Source of the DNA: Chloroflexota bacterium | GTDB lineage: Bacteria; Chloroflexota; UBA11872 | NCBI GenBank assembly: GCA_028874175.1 | Contig: JAPPLN010000008.1 | Span: forward strand, 20,715 to 84,714 | Direction of reading: 5' to 3' | DNA length: 64,000 bases | In this document: positions 30,288-40,796 of the stretch, one piece after another | Position numbering within the stretch: the first letter of the stretch is position 1 | How the letters are laid out: the number at the start of each line of letters is the position of its first letter | The notes under the pieces: model-generated | Told to the model about the DNA's origin: nothing | Seen by the model: only the letters and a program-made list of their open reading frames with translations | The model's database searches: none | Position numbers and translations under genes: made by a program

Positions 30288-30701
30288 CTAACTACCGCGC
30301 TTCGTACCGTATTTAGACCGGCTGCGACGGCGGCCTTCAACGCCATCCGCGTCCAAGGTCCCGCGCACGATGTGATATCGAACACCTGGCAGATCGCGAA
30401 CTCGGCCGCCACGGATTAACACCACCGAGTGTTCCTGAAGTCGATGGCCCTCGCCCGGTATATAGGCGGTAACTTCAATACCATTCGATAGGCGTACCCG
30501 CGCCACCTTACGTAGAGCCGAGTTTGGCTTTTTAGGCGTTACCGTGCGAACCAAGGTGCAAACACCGCGCTTCTGCGGGGAACCCTCACCACGCTGCATG
30601 CGTCGCCGCAATCCGTTGTAGGAGTAATGCAAGGCCGGCGCCTTCAACTTGCTCCGGCGCTTTTTTCGTCCCTTGCGAACGAGTTGATTAATCGTCGGCA
30701 C
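30288..30701 (-). CDS. rpsL: 30S ribosomal protein S12
   Basis: GTG start (M)[26 protein letters not shown]; carries the ~13-aa Firmicutes/Chloroflexota-type insertion. Confidence 0.98.
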   Translation of the reverse strand: MPTINQLVRKGRKKRRSKLKAPALHYSYNGLRRRMQRGEGSPQKRGVCTLVRTVTPKKPNSALRKVARVRLSNGIEVTAYIPGEGHRLQEHSVVLIRGGRVRDLPGVRYHIVRGTLDADGVEGRRRSRSKYGTKRGS

Positions 30702-30773
30702 GGTGCGACCTACGGATCCCTTACGTAGAAAAGGCGCGGCGGCAACGTGCCGCACGCGGCGTTAGCGAGCCTA

Positions 30774-33700
30774 TCACCGACTCCCGCCATCGTCAACGCC
30801 TTCGCCGTCCGCCGCTGGGTCCGAACGCACGGCTGACGATTCGTCGATGCCGAAGTCCTCCGAGGGGCGCAAGAAATCGGCAAATTCGTCGCTGGCGCCG
30901 CTTGGTGATGTCTCGATACCGGCCAACAGGTCGCTCTCGGCGGCATCCATTGGTGGCACACCGGCGGCCACTACACCCGCCTGGGCACCGTTGTCCAGGT
31001 CGGGAGTCGCGTCGGCGCCATTGTCCGGATCACGCAGATCGTCAAGCGTCACTCCCTCGGCCATGTGCATGGCCTCGGTGTCAATCAGGACGTCCGACTG
31101 GCCCGGGGCTTCGAGCGCTGGACCGTGGTAGCGATCCCATCCGGTGCCGGCCGGAATGAGCTTGCCGATGATCACGTTCTCCTTCAGCCCATGCAGGTGA
31201 TCGGTCTTGCCTTCCACCACAGCTTCCGTGAGCACGCGCGTAGTGTCCTGGAACGACGCCGCGGCCAGAAAGCTCTCGTTGTTCAACGAGGCCTTGGTCA
31301 CACCGAGCAACACTTCGTGCGAGTCCGCAACCTGACCGCCAGTTTCCGCGACTTGCACGTTGGTCTGCGTAAGCGTGGACCGGTCAACCAGCGTCCCCGG
31401 CAAGAGCGAAGTTTCGCCAGGCGTGTCGACGGCGTTGTGACGCAGCATCTGACGGATGATGATCTCGATGTGCTTGTCGTTCACCGCCACGCCGACCATG
31501 CGGTAGACACGTTGGACTTCACTGACGATGTACTGCTGCAACTGGGCACGGCCGCGCAACCGCAGGATGTCATGCGGGTTTAGCGGCCCCTCGGTGAGCT
31601 GATCGCCCTCGCGGACAAATTCGCCACTCTGCACGCGCAGTTCAGCGGCCAGCGAGACCGGGTACTCACTGACATCCTCTTCCTCGGCGCGCACGACGAT
31701 CCGCCCCTCATGGATCTCCACGACGCCGTCCGCCTCGGCCGTGACGCCAATGCCGGCGACTTTGGCCAGCGCGCGCTTGCTGATCGTGTTGGACTTGCTC
31801 TTGGCCTTGCGAGCCAGGAGGTCGTCCGCCTGGACCTTCGGCACGGCCAGAACCCCGTTCCTGGCAATGTCGGCGCCGTCCTCGACAATCGGGACCATGC
31901 CCGGGTCAAGCGGGTACTCGTACTCGTGCACGTGGGCTGAAACCACCCGTACACGCCGCTGCTCGTCCTCTTCAATGACTTCGACAGTACCGTCAATGTC
32001 GCTCATGACGGCGACACCTTTGGGGATCCGCGCCTCGAAGAGTTCCTGCACTCGCGGCAAGCCCTGCTCCTTATCCACGATGTCGGCGCCCACCGTCGCG
32101 ATGCCACCCAGATGGAAGGTCCGCATGGTGAGCTGAGTCGCAGGTTCGCCCATGGACTGGGCGGCGATGATGCCAACGGCGGCGCCCTCCGCCACTAATT
32201 CGTGGCGTGCCAAGTCCATGCCGTAGCACATCTGGCACAGGCCGCGAGCGTTTGCGCAGGTCATGGGCGATCGGACCGTGACCGATTGCACACCGGCGTC
32301 ATCAACCAGCTTGACCAAGTCGTGGTCAATCAGAGTGCCCAAGGGCACGATGATCTCGCCAGTCGCCGGATGCACGATCGGTCGTGCCGGAAAGCGGCCG
32401 AAGCAGCGGACGCCCACGGAATCCAGCACCTCGTCCAAGGTCCCGACTTCCACGGGTATTCCGTCCAAGGTGCCGCAGTCGTCGCCCATGACGATCACGT
32501 CCTGGGCTACGTCCACCAGGCGGCGGGTGAGATAGCCGCTGTCGGCGGTGCGGAGAGCGGTGTCGGCCAGCCCCTTGCGGCCACCGTGCGTGGAGATGAA
32601 GTACTCGTGGGCGGACATGCCTTCACGGAAGTTCGCACGAACGGGCATCTCGATAATCCGGCCGGCAGGATTGGACATCAGTCCACGCATCCCCGAGATC
32701 TGGCGGATCTGGTCGAAGTTGCCCTTGGCTGCGCCTGAGTTACCCATCATAAAGACGGGGCTCATCGGGTCCAGGCTCGTCTCCACGGAACTGGAAACGG
32801 TGGCCATGGCATCGGTCCAGGCCTTGACGGTCAGCCGGTAACGCTCGTTGTCAGTGATCAGACCGTCGTCAAAGCTGGCCCTGATGGCGCTGACACGGGC
32901 ATCGGTCTCCTGCTCCACCTGGCGCTTGACTTCAGGGATTTCGAGGTCCGTAATCCCCATCGTCACCCCTGAGCGCGTGGCCCACTGCATGCCCAGGTTC
33001 TTGAGCTGGTTGGCGACGTCGCCAGTAACGTCCATGTTGGTGTTGAAGAAGACCATCTCGATCACACGACGCAGTCCGCCCTTATCCAACTGTTCGTTGA
33101 CGAACCGCAACTCCCGAGGGATGGCCTGGTTGAGCATGATGCGCCCGACGGTCGTCGTGATGAATGCTGGACCGTCCTGGGCGACCACCTCGTCAGGGAA
33201 ATCTTCAGGCGTAACTCGCAGGCGGATCCGCTCCTGCAGATCCACCGCGTTGTGATCGAAGGCCAGCATGGCGTCGGTGAAATTAGCAAAGGCTTGGAGG
33301 TCGTCTTCGTCTCGGGTATCGGGCTTGCTCTGGGTCAGGTAATAGGCGCCAAGCACCATGTCCTTGGTCGGGCTGACGATGGGAGTCCCATCCGCCGGAG
33401 ACAGGATGTTGTGGGTGCTCTTCATGATGTGGCGGGCCTCGTCCTGCGCCGCTCGGCTCAGCGGCACGTGGACTGCCATTTGGTCTCCATCGAAGTCGGC
33501 GTTAAACGCCGTGCAGACCAGCGGATGAATCTGGATGGCACTGCCGCGTACCAGCACGATGTCGAACGCCTGAATCCCCAGCCGGTGCAACGTCGGCGCA
33601 CGGTTGAGCAGCACGGGATGGTCGCGCGTGACCTCCTCCAACGCATCCCACACCAGCGGCTCGGGATGCTCGACCATTCGCTTGGCGCTCTTGATGTTGC

Positions 33701-35375
33701 TGGCATGCCCGTCGTCCACCAGCTTGCGCATGACGAAAGGCTTGAAGAGTTCCAGGGCCATCTTGGTCGGTAGGCCGCACTGGTTGAGATTGAGATGCGG
33801 TCCCACCACGATCACTGAGCGGCCGGAGTAGTCCACCCGCTTGCCCAGGAGGTTCTGACGGAATCGGCCCTGCTTGCCGCGCAGCAAATCGCTGAGCGAC
33901 TTGTAGGGATGGTTCGACGACCCAGTCACGGCACGACCGCGTCGCCCATTGTCAATCAGTGCGTCTACGGCCTCCTGCAGCATGCGCTTCTCGTTGCGCA
34001 CGATGATTTCGGGCGCCCCCAGTTCGACCAACCGCTTGAGCCGATTGTTGCGGTTGATTACCCGGCGGTAGAGATCATTCAAGTCGCTGGTGGCGAAGCG
34101 TCCACCGTCCAACTGAACCATGGGTCGCAATTCCGGTGGCAGCACCGGCAACACGTTCAGGATCATCCATTCCGGTCGGTTGCCCGAGCGGCGGAACGCC
34201 TCCACGACCTTCAGCCGCTTGGCGGCCTTCTTTTGCCGCTGCTTCGAAGTCGCATTCAACTCCTCACGCAACTCAGCCGCCAGTTCATCCAGATTGACAT
34301 CGGCGATGAGGTCGAGGATGGCTTCCGCGCCAATGCCGGCCTCAAAGATGTCACCGCAGGTGTGCGTGAGCTGCTGATAGCGAGGTTCCGAGAGCAATTG
34401 GTGCAGTTCCAGGGTGCTCAGGTCCTTACGACGCTGCTCGTAGAAGTCGCGGGCGTCGTTGACCTCCAAAACCTTGTCCTCTTCGATGCGGGCGACCGCC
34501 TGGTCACTCTCGCGTCGCTCGACACCCTTGGTAGCAGTGAAGCGGTCGCGAGCACCGGACTTCTCAGCTTCGAAACGGGCCGTCACTTCGGCAATTGCCG
34601 CTTCGACCGTCGCATCAAGCTGCGCCAGCGCATCCTGCGGAGGCACGCTGCCCGCGGCAACAAATGGTTCGGTCAGCCAGCTCAGCGTGGCGTCGTCCTC
34701 AAGCTGGCGCTGGCCGATGGCCGCCAGCAGGTTGCGGACAGTGGCAGCTTCCTTGTTGATGGAGTCGAAGCTGGCCTGGGCTTCCAGGTCCAATCGCTTC
34801 AACTCATCCGTGAGCTGCGAGTCGAGTTGCGCTGTCTGTTCCTCCAGACGCCGGTGCTCGTCCGCCAGGCGCATGGCCGCCGAGTCGTCGATCTCCTCAA
34901 TCCGGTCGGCCAGATCCCGATCGACTCGACCCAGCGCCTCGTCACGGGCCTCTTGGTCCAGCTCGGTAACGATGAAGGATGCGAAGTAGACGATCTTCTC
35001 GAGATCGCGCGGCGTGATGTCCAGCACCTGGCCAATTCGGCTCGGCGTACCTTTGAGGAACCAGATGTGAGTAATCGGAGCCGCAAGCTCAATGTGCCCC
35101 ATCCGCTCTCGTCGGACACGCGAGCGAGTAACTTCAACGCCGCACTTGTCGCAGATGATGCCGCGGAAACGCACACGCTTGTACTTGCCGCAGGCGCATT
35201 CCCAGTCCTTGGTTGGGCCGAAGATGCGTTCGCAGAACAGCCCGTCACGCTCAGGCTTCAACGTGCGATAGTTGATCGTCTCCGGCTTGGCGACCTCGCC
35301 GTACGACCAGGACCGAACCTGATCCGGCGAGGCCAGGTGGATCCGAATCGCGCTGAACTTGTTGACTTCAAGCAT
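30774..35375 (-). CDS. rpoC: RNA polymerase beta-prime subunit
   Basis: NADFDGD catalytic motif, N-terminal zinc finger, [18 protein letters not shown]. Confidence 0.99.
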   Translation of the reverse strand: MLEVNKFSAIRIHLASPDQVRSWSYGEVAKPETINYRTLKPERDGLFCERIFGPTKDWECACGKYKRVRFRGIICDKCGVEVTRSRVRRERMGHIELAAPITHIWFLKGTPSRIGQVLDITPRDLEKIVYFASFIVTELDQEARDEALGRVDRDLADRIEEIDDSAAMRLADEHRRLEEQTAQLDSQLTDELKRLDLEAQASFDSINKEAATVRNLLAAIGQRQLEDDATLSWLTEPFVAAGSVPPQDALAQLDATVEAAIAEVTARFEAEKSGARDRFTATKGVERRESDQAVARIEEDKVLEVNDARDFYEQRRKDLSTLELHQLLSEPRYQQLTHTCGDIFEAGIGAEAILDLIADVNLDELAAELREELNATSKQRQKKAAKRLKVVEAFRRSGNRPEWMILNVLPVLPPELRPMVQLDGGRFATSDLNDLYRRVINRNNRLKRLVELGAPEIIVRNEKRMLQEAVDALIDNGRRGRAVTGSSNHPYKSLSDLLRGKQGRFRQNLLGKRVDYSGRSVIVVGPHLNLNQCGLPTKMALELFKPFVMRKLVDDGHASNIKSAKRMVEHPEPLVWDALEEVTRDHPVLLNRAPTLHRLGIQAFDIVLVRGSAIQIHPLVCTAFNADFDGDQMAVHVPLSRAAQDEARHIMKSTHNILSPADGTPIVSPTKDMVLGAYYLTQSKPDTRDEDDLQAFANFTDAMLAFDHNAVDLQERIRLRVTPEDFPDEVVAQDGPAFITTTVGRIMLNQAIPRELRFVNEQLDKGGLRRVIEMVFFNTNMDVTGDVANQLKNLGMQWATRSGVTMGITDLEIPEVKRQVEQETDARVSAIRASFDDGLITDNERYRLTVKAWTDAMATVSSSVETSLDPMSPVFMMGNSGAAKGNFDQIRQISGMRGLMSNPAGRIIEMPVRANFREGMSAHEYFISTHGGRKGLADTALRTADSGYLTRRLVDVAQDVIVMGDDCGTLDGIPVEVGTLDEVLDSVGVRCFGRFPARPIVHPATGEIIVPLGTLIDHDLVKLVDDAGVQSVTVRSPMTCANARGLCQMCYGMDLARHELVAEGAAVGIIAAQSMGEPATQLTMRTFHLGGIATVGADIVDKEQGLPRVQELFEARIPKGVAVMSDIDGTVEVIEEDEQRRVRVVSAHVHEYEYPLDPGMVPIVEDGADIARNGVLAVPKVQADDLLARKAKSKSNTISKRALAKVAGIGVTAEADGVVEIHEGRIVVRAEEEDVSEYPVSLAAELRVQSGEFVREGDQLTEGPLNPHDILRLRGRAQLQQYIVSEVQRVYRMVGVAVNDKHIEIIIRQMLRHNAVDTPGETSLLPGTLVDRSTLTQTNVQVAETGGQVADSHEVLLGVTKASLNNESFLAAASFQDTTRVLTEAVVEGKTDHLHGLKENVIIGKLIPAGTGWDRYHGPALEAPGQSDVLIDTEAMHMAEGVTLDDLRDPDNGADATPDLDNGAQAGVVAAGVPPMDAAESDLLAGIETSPSGASDEFADFLRPSEDFGIDESSAVRSDPAADGEGVDDGGSR

Positions 35376-35389
35376 TCGTCCGGGTCCTC

Positions 35390-38300
35390 CTAAAGGCGGT
35401 ATTCACGCCCCTGGATGTTGATGCCATCCAGGTCGGGCAGCTGGTCGTGCATGTGTTCGCCGGCCAGCGCGATTTCTTCCTCGGCGTCGTCCAGGATGTC
35501 CACGGACACGCCAAGGCTCTGCAGCTCCTTCACGAGCACCCGGAACGACTCCGGGATACCGGGCTCGAGGATGGTTTCGCCTTTGACGATGGCTTCGTAC
35601 GTCTTCACGCGCCCAAGAATGTCGTCGGACTTGACCGTAAGCATTTCCTGTAGCGTGTGGGCGGCGCCATAGGCCTCCAGCGCCCAGACTTCCATCTCAC
35701 CGAAGCGCTGGCCGCCCATCTGCGCCTTGCCGCCCAGGGGCTGCTGGGTGATGAGCGAGTACGGCCCAGTCGAGCGGGCGTGGATCTTGTCGTCCACCAT
35801 GTGACCAAGCTTCATCATGTAGATGACGCCGACGGTCACGTCCTGGTCGAACGGTTCGCCCGTTCGACCGTCGTACAAGACAGCCTTGCCGTCGGCCGGC
35901 AACTCGGCTTCCTCAAGAGCGGCGGCAATGTCCTCTTCATCCGCACTATCGAACACTGGGCTGATCGCACGAAATCCAAGCTTGTCGGCCGCCCACCCCA
36001 AGTGCGTCTCTAGCGTTTGCCCCACGTTCATGCGGGACGCAACGCCCAGCGGGTTCAAGATGATGTCAACGGGCGTCCCGTCCGCCAGATAGGGCATGTC
36101 TTCTTCGGGCAGGATCATAGAGATCACGCCCTTGTTGCCGTGGCGGCCAGCCATCTTGTCGCCGACCATCAGCTTGCGCTTCGAGGCAACGCTGACTCGA
36201 ATCATCTCCGTCACGCCCGCTTGAAGATCGTCGCCGTCCTCGGCTGAGAACCGGCGCACGTCGATCACGCGGCCGTATTCTCCCGCCGGCACGTGCTTGG
36301 AGGTGTCCTTCACTTCCCGCGCGTCGCGCCCAAAGATGGCACGCAGCAGCCGGTCCTCGCCCGAGAGCTCGGTCTCGCCCTTGGGCGTGATCTTGCCGAC
36401 GAGCACGTCGTCCGGCCCGACCTCCGCGCCCACGTACACCACGCCGGTGTCGTCCAGGTTGCGGAGGGCCTCCTCATTCTGATTCGGAATGTCGCGCGTG
36501 ATCTCCTCGGCGCCGAGCTTCGTGTCCCGCGCCTCCACTTCGTACTTCTCGATGTGGATTGACGTGAACACGTCGTCCTTCAGCAGGCGCTCGCTGACGA
36601 CAATGGCGTCCTCGTAATTCCCGCCTTCCCAGAACATGAACGCGACCACGATGTTCTGCCCGAGGGCGATCATGCCGTCGGAGGTCGCCATGCTCTCGGC
36701 GATCGGTTGACCCTCCGTCACCATTTCCCCAGCGGCCACCACTGGCCGTTGGCTGATGCAGGTGGCGGTGTTAGAGCGGTCGAACTTGCGTAGGCGGTAG
36801 GGACGTTTCTTTTCGTCGATCACGATCTTCCGTGTGGTGCCCTGCACAACCAAGCCGGCGTCCTTCGCGTTAACGGTTTGGCCGGCCTTGCTTTTGGCGA
36901 TCTCTTGCCCTTTCGCGACCGTGTCGTTGACCGCAACGATTGGGTGCATAGTCTTGTCGCCATTGGCGATGGCGCGGTCGGTCTTGTGCAGGTCATAGAT
37001 TCGCTTGTCCGTCCCATGGTCAACCAGGATCTCGTTCGCGGTCACCCGCATAACAGAGCCGGCGTCCACCGCGTGAACCATATGCCCGGAGTCGCTCGCG
37101 CTGGCCCGCTCCATACCGGTGGCCACCAGCGGTGCCTCAGGCGTGATCAGCGGCACGGCCTGTCGCTGCATGTTGGCGCCCATCAGCGCGCGATTGGCGT
37201 CGTCATGCTCGAGGAAGGGAATCATGGCCGTCGCCAGGCTCACGATCTGCTGCGGTGACGAATCCAGGTACTCGACGTCGCTCGCGTCGGCCTCGAAGAA
37301 ATTCGGTCCCCGACGTACCGATACCCGATCCAAGACGATTTCGTTCGCATCATTGAGCCTGGTCTTGGCCTCGGCAATCGTGTGGCGCTCCTCCTCGTCG
37401 GCAGCCAGGTACTCGATCTCGTTGGTCACAACCGGGCGTATGCGCACATCGAGCTTGTCGGCACCGTCGATCTGACCAATGGTCTCGGCTAGGGCCGCGT
37501 CGATCACGTCGCCAGCCTGCGCCAGCGGCTCTGCGCCGTCCGCTGCGGTGACCGGCTCGACCAGCGTTCGCCCCACCAGCATCGCGGCGTCCCGCGCCGG
37601 AATGCGCGTGAGAACCCGTCGGTACGGCGTCTCGATGAATCCGTAGGAGTTGACGCGTGCCAGGGTTGCGAGGGTGTTGATCAGACCGATGTTCGGCCCT
37701 TCAGGCGTCTCGATGGGACAGACCCGGCCATAGTGGCTGTAGTGCACATCGCGCACGTCAAAACCGGCACGCTCGCGCGAGAGGCCGCCCGGCCCCATGG
37801 CGCTGAGCCGACGCTTGTGCGCAAGCTCCGCCATCGGGTTGGCTTGGTCCATGAACTGCGAGAGTTGGCTGCCCCCGAAGAACTCCTTGACCGCCGCAGT
37901 CACCGGCCGCGTGTTGATCAGACCGGACGGCGTGGCTTCAGCGGCGTTCTGGATGCTCATCCGCTCCTTGATCACGCGCTCCATGCGCAACAGCCCGACG
38001 CGGAACTGGTCGGCCAGCAACTCACCCACCGCGCGCACGCGCCGGTTACCCAAGTGGTCGATGTGGTCGGGCACGCCCTGTGTCACATTCAGGTCCACGA
38101 TTTCGCGCACGATGGCGACGAGGTCGTTCGGCTCGAGTGTGCGAGTGGTTTCTTCGGTCTCTAGCTCAAGGCGCTTGTTGAGCTTGTAGCGTCCGACGGG
38201 CCCCAGGTCGTAGCGACGCTTCTCGAAGAACGTCTGCTCGATCAGGGAGCGAGCGTTGTCAACCGTAGCCGGATCGCCGGGACGCAGTCGACCGTAGAGG

Positions 38301-39043
38301 CGGATCAGCGCTTCTTCGGTGTTGACCACTCCGTCGCGACGATCATCTTCGATCGTCGCTTCGATGAACCCGTGCTCGGGGTCGCTATCGACGTCCGCAA
38401 ACGCCTCAAGCAGCGCCGCATCCTCGCTCAGTTCGGGCTCGATCGCGCGCAGGAACGTAGTGACCGGCAGCTTGCGCTTGCGGTCGATCTTGACGTTCAC
38501 CACGGACTGGTTGCTCGTCTCAAATTCAAGCCACGCGCCGCGCTTGGGAATGAGCTTGGCGCCGAAGCGGCGGCGGCCGGTGGATGGATCGATCTCGGCG
38601 GAAAAGTAGACGCCGGGCGACCGTACGAGCTGGCTCACAACCACACGCTCGGCCCCGTTGTAAATGAACGTGCCCTGGCGCGTCATGAGCGGGAAGTCGC
38701 CCATGTACACGACCATTTCCTTGATCTCACCGGTCTGCTTGTTGTGCAAGCGAGCCCTTACCCGAAGCGGAACTTGGTAGGTGCGATCCTGCTCGCGACA
38801 CTCCTCCTCGGTGTACTTCGGCTCGTCGAACGCGTCGTCAGGCACTTCGAAGTGCAGTTCCAGATTCTTCCCCGTGAAGTCCTGGATGGGCGAGATCTCG
38901 GCGAACAGTTCGCGCAAGTATTCGTTCTTGAACCGTTCGAACGATTCGAGCTGCGTCGAGACCAGGTGCGGCATGCCCAGGATGCTCGGGACACGCCCGT
39001 AATGCCGCTCGTCAAAGCCCGAAGTTGTGCCGTTTGAACTCAT
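35390..39043 (-). CDS. rpoB: RNA polymerase beta subunit
   Basis: [37 protein letters not shown]. Start set at ATG 39043 with AAGGAG upstream. Confidence 0.99.
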   Translation of the reverse strand: MSSNGTTSGFDERHYGRVPSILGMPHLVSTQLESFERFKNEYLRELFAEISPIQDFTGKNLELHFEVPDDAFDEPKYTEEECREQDRTYQVPLRVRARLHNKQTGEIKEMVVYMGDFPLMTRQGTFIYNGAERVVVSQLVRSPGVYFSAEIDPSTGRRRFGAKLIPKRGAWLEFETSNQSVVNVKIDRKRKLPVTTFLRAIEPELSEDAALLEAFADVDSDPEHGFIEATIEDDRRDGVVNTEEALIRLYGRLRPGDPATVDNARSLIEQTFFEKRRYDLGPVGRYKLNKRLELETEETTRTLEPNDLVAIVREIVDLNVTQGVPDHIDHLGNRRVRAVGELLADQFRVGLLRMERVIKERMSIQNAAEATPSGLINTRPVTAAVKEFFGGSQLSQFMDQANPMAELAHKRRLSAMGPGGLSRERAGFDVRDVHYSHYGRVCPIETPEGPNIGLINTLATLARVNSYGFIETPYRRVLTRIPARDAAMLVGRTLVEPVTAADGAEPLAQAGDVIDAALAETIGQIDGADKLDVRIRPVVTNEIEYLAADEEERHTIAEAKTRLNDANEIVLDRVSVRRGPNFFEADASDVEYLDSSPQQIVSLATAMIPFLEHDDANRALMGANMQRQAVPLITPEAPLVATGMERASASDSGHMVHAVDAGSVMRVTANEILVDHGTDKRIYDLHKTDRAIANGDKTMHPIVAVNDTVAKGQEIAKSKAGQTVNAKDAGLVVQGTTRKIVIDEKKRPYRLRKFDRSNTATCISQRPVVAAGEMVTEGQPIAESMATSDGMIALGQNIVVAFMFWEGGNYEDAIVVSERLLKDDVFTSIHIEKYEVEARDTKLGAEEITRDIPNQNEEALRNLDDTGVVYVGAEVGPDDVLVGKITPKGETELSGEDRLLRAIFGRDAREVKDTSKHVPAGEYGRVIDVRRFSAEDGDDLQAGVTEMIRVSVASKRKLMVGDKMAGRHGNKGVISMILPEEDMPYLADGTPVDIILNPLGVASRMNVGQTLETHLGWAADKLGFRAISPVFDSADEEDIAAALEEAELPADGKAVLYDGRTGEPFDQDVTVGVIYMMKLGHMVDDKIHARSTGPYSLITQQPLGGKAQMGGQRFGEMEVWALEAYGAAHTLQEMLTVKSDDILGRVKTYEAIVKGETILEPGIPESFRVLVKELQSLGVSVDILDDAEEEIALAGEHMHDQLPDLDGINIQGREYRL

Positions 39044-39352
39044 GAATCGCCTGCTCCTTCGTTCCTCGACGAACAGAGTCGATTGCGCCCGCGTACGCCA
39101 CAGCCGCAGCGCACAGACCGAGCTCCCGTATGCAACCAATCGTGCGGTGGGGCGGAAAACGCAGTGCGTCGACGCACGCAGGCCGCGGTCGTCAGAGAGC
39201 CCTGCGACAAGAACTGCGTCAGCGCGTCACATCCGTTTTCGAACAGGTACCTGTTGGTCGCAAGGCACAGAAACCCAGCCCGCGTATGCCGGCTGGGTCG
39301 TGGCTCTTCAGTTGTCTCGCGGCCGTGCGGCTATTCGGACACCCCCCACGTT
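39044..39352 (-). promoter_or_regulatory. Long structured 5' leader of rpoB (candidate cis-regulatory RNA)
   Basis: Several stems: 39273-39298 hairpin, 39200-39208/39257-39265 stem, and perfect 14-bp palindromes at 39164-39177 and 39242-39255. Confidence 0.45.
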
Positions 39353-39358
39353 GGACGC

Positions 39359-39386
39359 ATCCTAGCACACTGCGGCCGACGATCAA
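39359..39386 (-). promoter_or_regulatory. Sigma70-type promoter for rpoB (TTGATC-16 nt-TAGGAT with extended TG)
   Basis: Minus strand reads TTGATC gtcggccgcagtgTGc TAGGAT. Confidence 0.55.
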
Positions 39387-39498
39387 GGCCGACTTCTGGC
39401 TGTCATGCACGATCAGGGCCACTTGTTTTGGACCGGCTCTTGAACTCGGAATACGTCCAAATCGCGCTACCGAGTCGTCCAGGCGCCTGAAAAGGCTG

Positions 39499-39858
39499 CT
39501 AGCCCAGGCGCCCACTCAAGGCACGTCCGCCCAATACGTGCACGTGCAGATGCGGCACGGTCTGTGCACCGTCGCGCCCATGGTTTGTTGCAAGGCGATA
39601 GCCTGACGCGGCTAGGTCTTCCGCCTGGGCCACCGTTACGGCCACCGACATCACCCGTCCCAGCAACTCCCCGTCGTCCTTTAACTGGTTAACGCTCGCC
39701 ACGTGCCGCCGCGGCGCTACGAGCACGTGTGAGGGCGCCTGCGGATTGATATCTCGAAACGCAACCACCTGGTCGTCGCTATAGACGCTGTCGCTCGGAA
39801 TGTCACCACGCGCGATGGCGCAGAAAACGCAGTCCTGTTCAGTGGCGTTGGACCTCAT
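39499..39858 (-). CDS. HIT-family (Hint) nucleotide-binding protein
   Basis: CVFC, FRDINPQAP.H, QTVPHLHVH.LGG; AGGAGG RBS. Confidence 0.95.
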   Translation of the reverse strand: MRSNATEQDCVFCAIARGDIPSDSVYSDDQVVAFRDINPQAPSHVLVAPRRHVASVNQLKDDGELLGRVMSVAVTVAQAEDLAASGYRLATNHGRDGAQTVPHLHVHVLGGRALSGRLG

Positions 39859-39881
39859 CGGCAACGACCTCCTATGCCGTC

Positions 39882-40796
39882 CTAAGTTTCCACATCTATA
39901 AAGGGCGGTGCCCCCTTGGTGAAGTCAAGCAGCCGCCACTCCTCGGCTGCCGCAACCCCTTGCAGGTTGAATAGGAAAGGCCGCGCTGCCGCGACCACTT
40001 CTTCGACGCGAGTGTCAATCACCCCGCTAAGCAATAGCCGCCCTGCGGGCGCTAGCAGCCCGGCGTATTCCGGCATCAGCTTCACGTGCACCGATGCCAC
40101 GATGTTTGCCACAACCAACGTGGCGAGCTCGGACGCACCAGGACTCGAGCTCGGAACGGTCAAGTGGATCCGATCGGCTACGCCGTTTCGCCGGATATTG
40201 GCGGCCGCCGCCGGACCTGCCTCGGGATCTCGGTCGAACGCGTGCACACGCGCCGCGCCTAGCTTGGCCGCGGCGATGGCCAGCACGCCCGAGCCCGTCC
40301 CAACGTCGACGACGACGTCACCCGGATCCACCGAACTTTCCAACGCCGCCAACGCAAGTTGGGTCGTGGGATGACGTCCGGTGCCAAAGGCCATCGCAGA
40401 GTCGAGGAAGATTGGCATCCGATCTGCCTGATCCGGCGGCTGATCCAGCCAAGCAGGAACAATCACCAGGCGGCCAATCGCGATTGGCGCAAAGAATTCG
40501 CGCCATCGCGTGCGGTACCCATCAGCGTCTACAGACGCTTCCGACGCCACGCCAACAACGCCGTCGCCGGCGATGCGCAGCATTTCGAGCGCCCGCAACA
40601 GCTCACGGCGCGCGTGCGCCTGCCCCTTGCCGGGGGCTAGGTACGCGTGGGCGGTCACCGGCCATTCTCCCGCCGCCGCCGACGGGCGGGTTTCAACGGC
40701 GAACGACGTGCCAACCAGTCGATGCAGCGTCATGGACACATCGTCCACGGCCTCCGGTTGCAGGGGGACGCTGATGTCCGTCCACTGGCTGCTCAC
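39882..40796 (-). CDS. prmA: Ribosomal protein L11 methyltransferase
   Basis: MAFGTGRHPTT, DVGTGSGVLAIAA, VANI, LSGVI; follows dnaJ. Confidence 0.92.
   Translation of the reverse strand: MSSQWTDISVPLQPEAVDDVSMTLHRLVGTSFAVETRPSAAAGEWPVTAHAYLAPGKGQAHARRELLRALEMLRIAGDGVVGVASEASVDADGYRTRWREFFAPIAIGRLVIVPAWLDQPPDQADRMPIFLDSAMAFGTGRHPTTQLALAALESSVDPGDVVVDVGTGSGVLAIAAAKLGAARVHAFDRDPEAGPAAAANIRRNGVADRIHLTVPSSSPGASELATLVVANIVASVHVKLMPEYAGLLAPAGRLLLSGVIDTRVEEVVAAARPFLFNLQGVAAAEEWRLLDFTKGAPPFIDVET

Noticed and set aside
37770-37880. Rifampicin-resistance allele in rpoB
   Set aside because: The Q513, D516, H526 and S531 equivalents are intact; only conservative L>M changes, too weak to call.
35390-39139. 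Longer ORF-track starts for rpoB, and likewise rplF, rplP, rpmC, rpsL, miaB, the sugar transferase and GT2 46849-48204
   Set aside because: The extensions overlap upstream genes or leaders and lack homology; downstream starts match family N-termini, RBSs or ATGA coupling.
39305-39312. CUGAAGAG hammerhead-like core in the rpoB leader
   Set aside because: No correctly placed GAAA or stems I/III were found.
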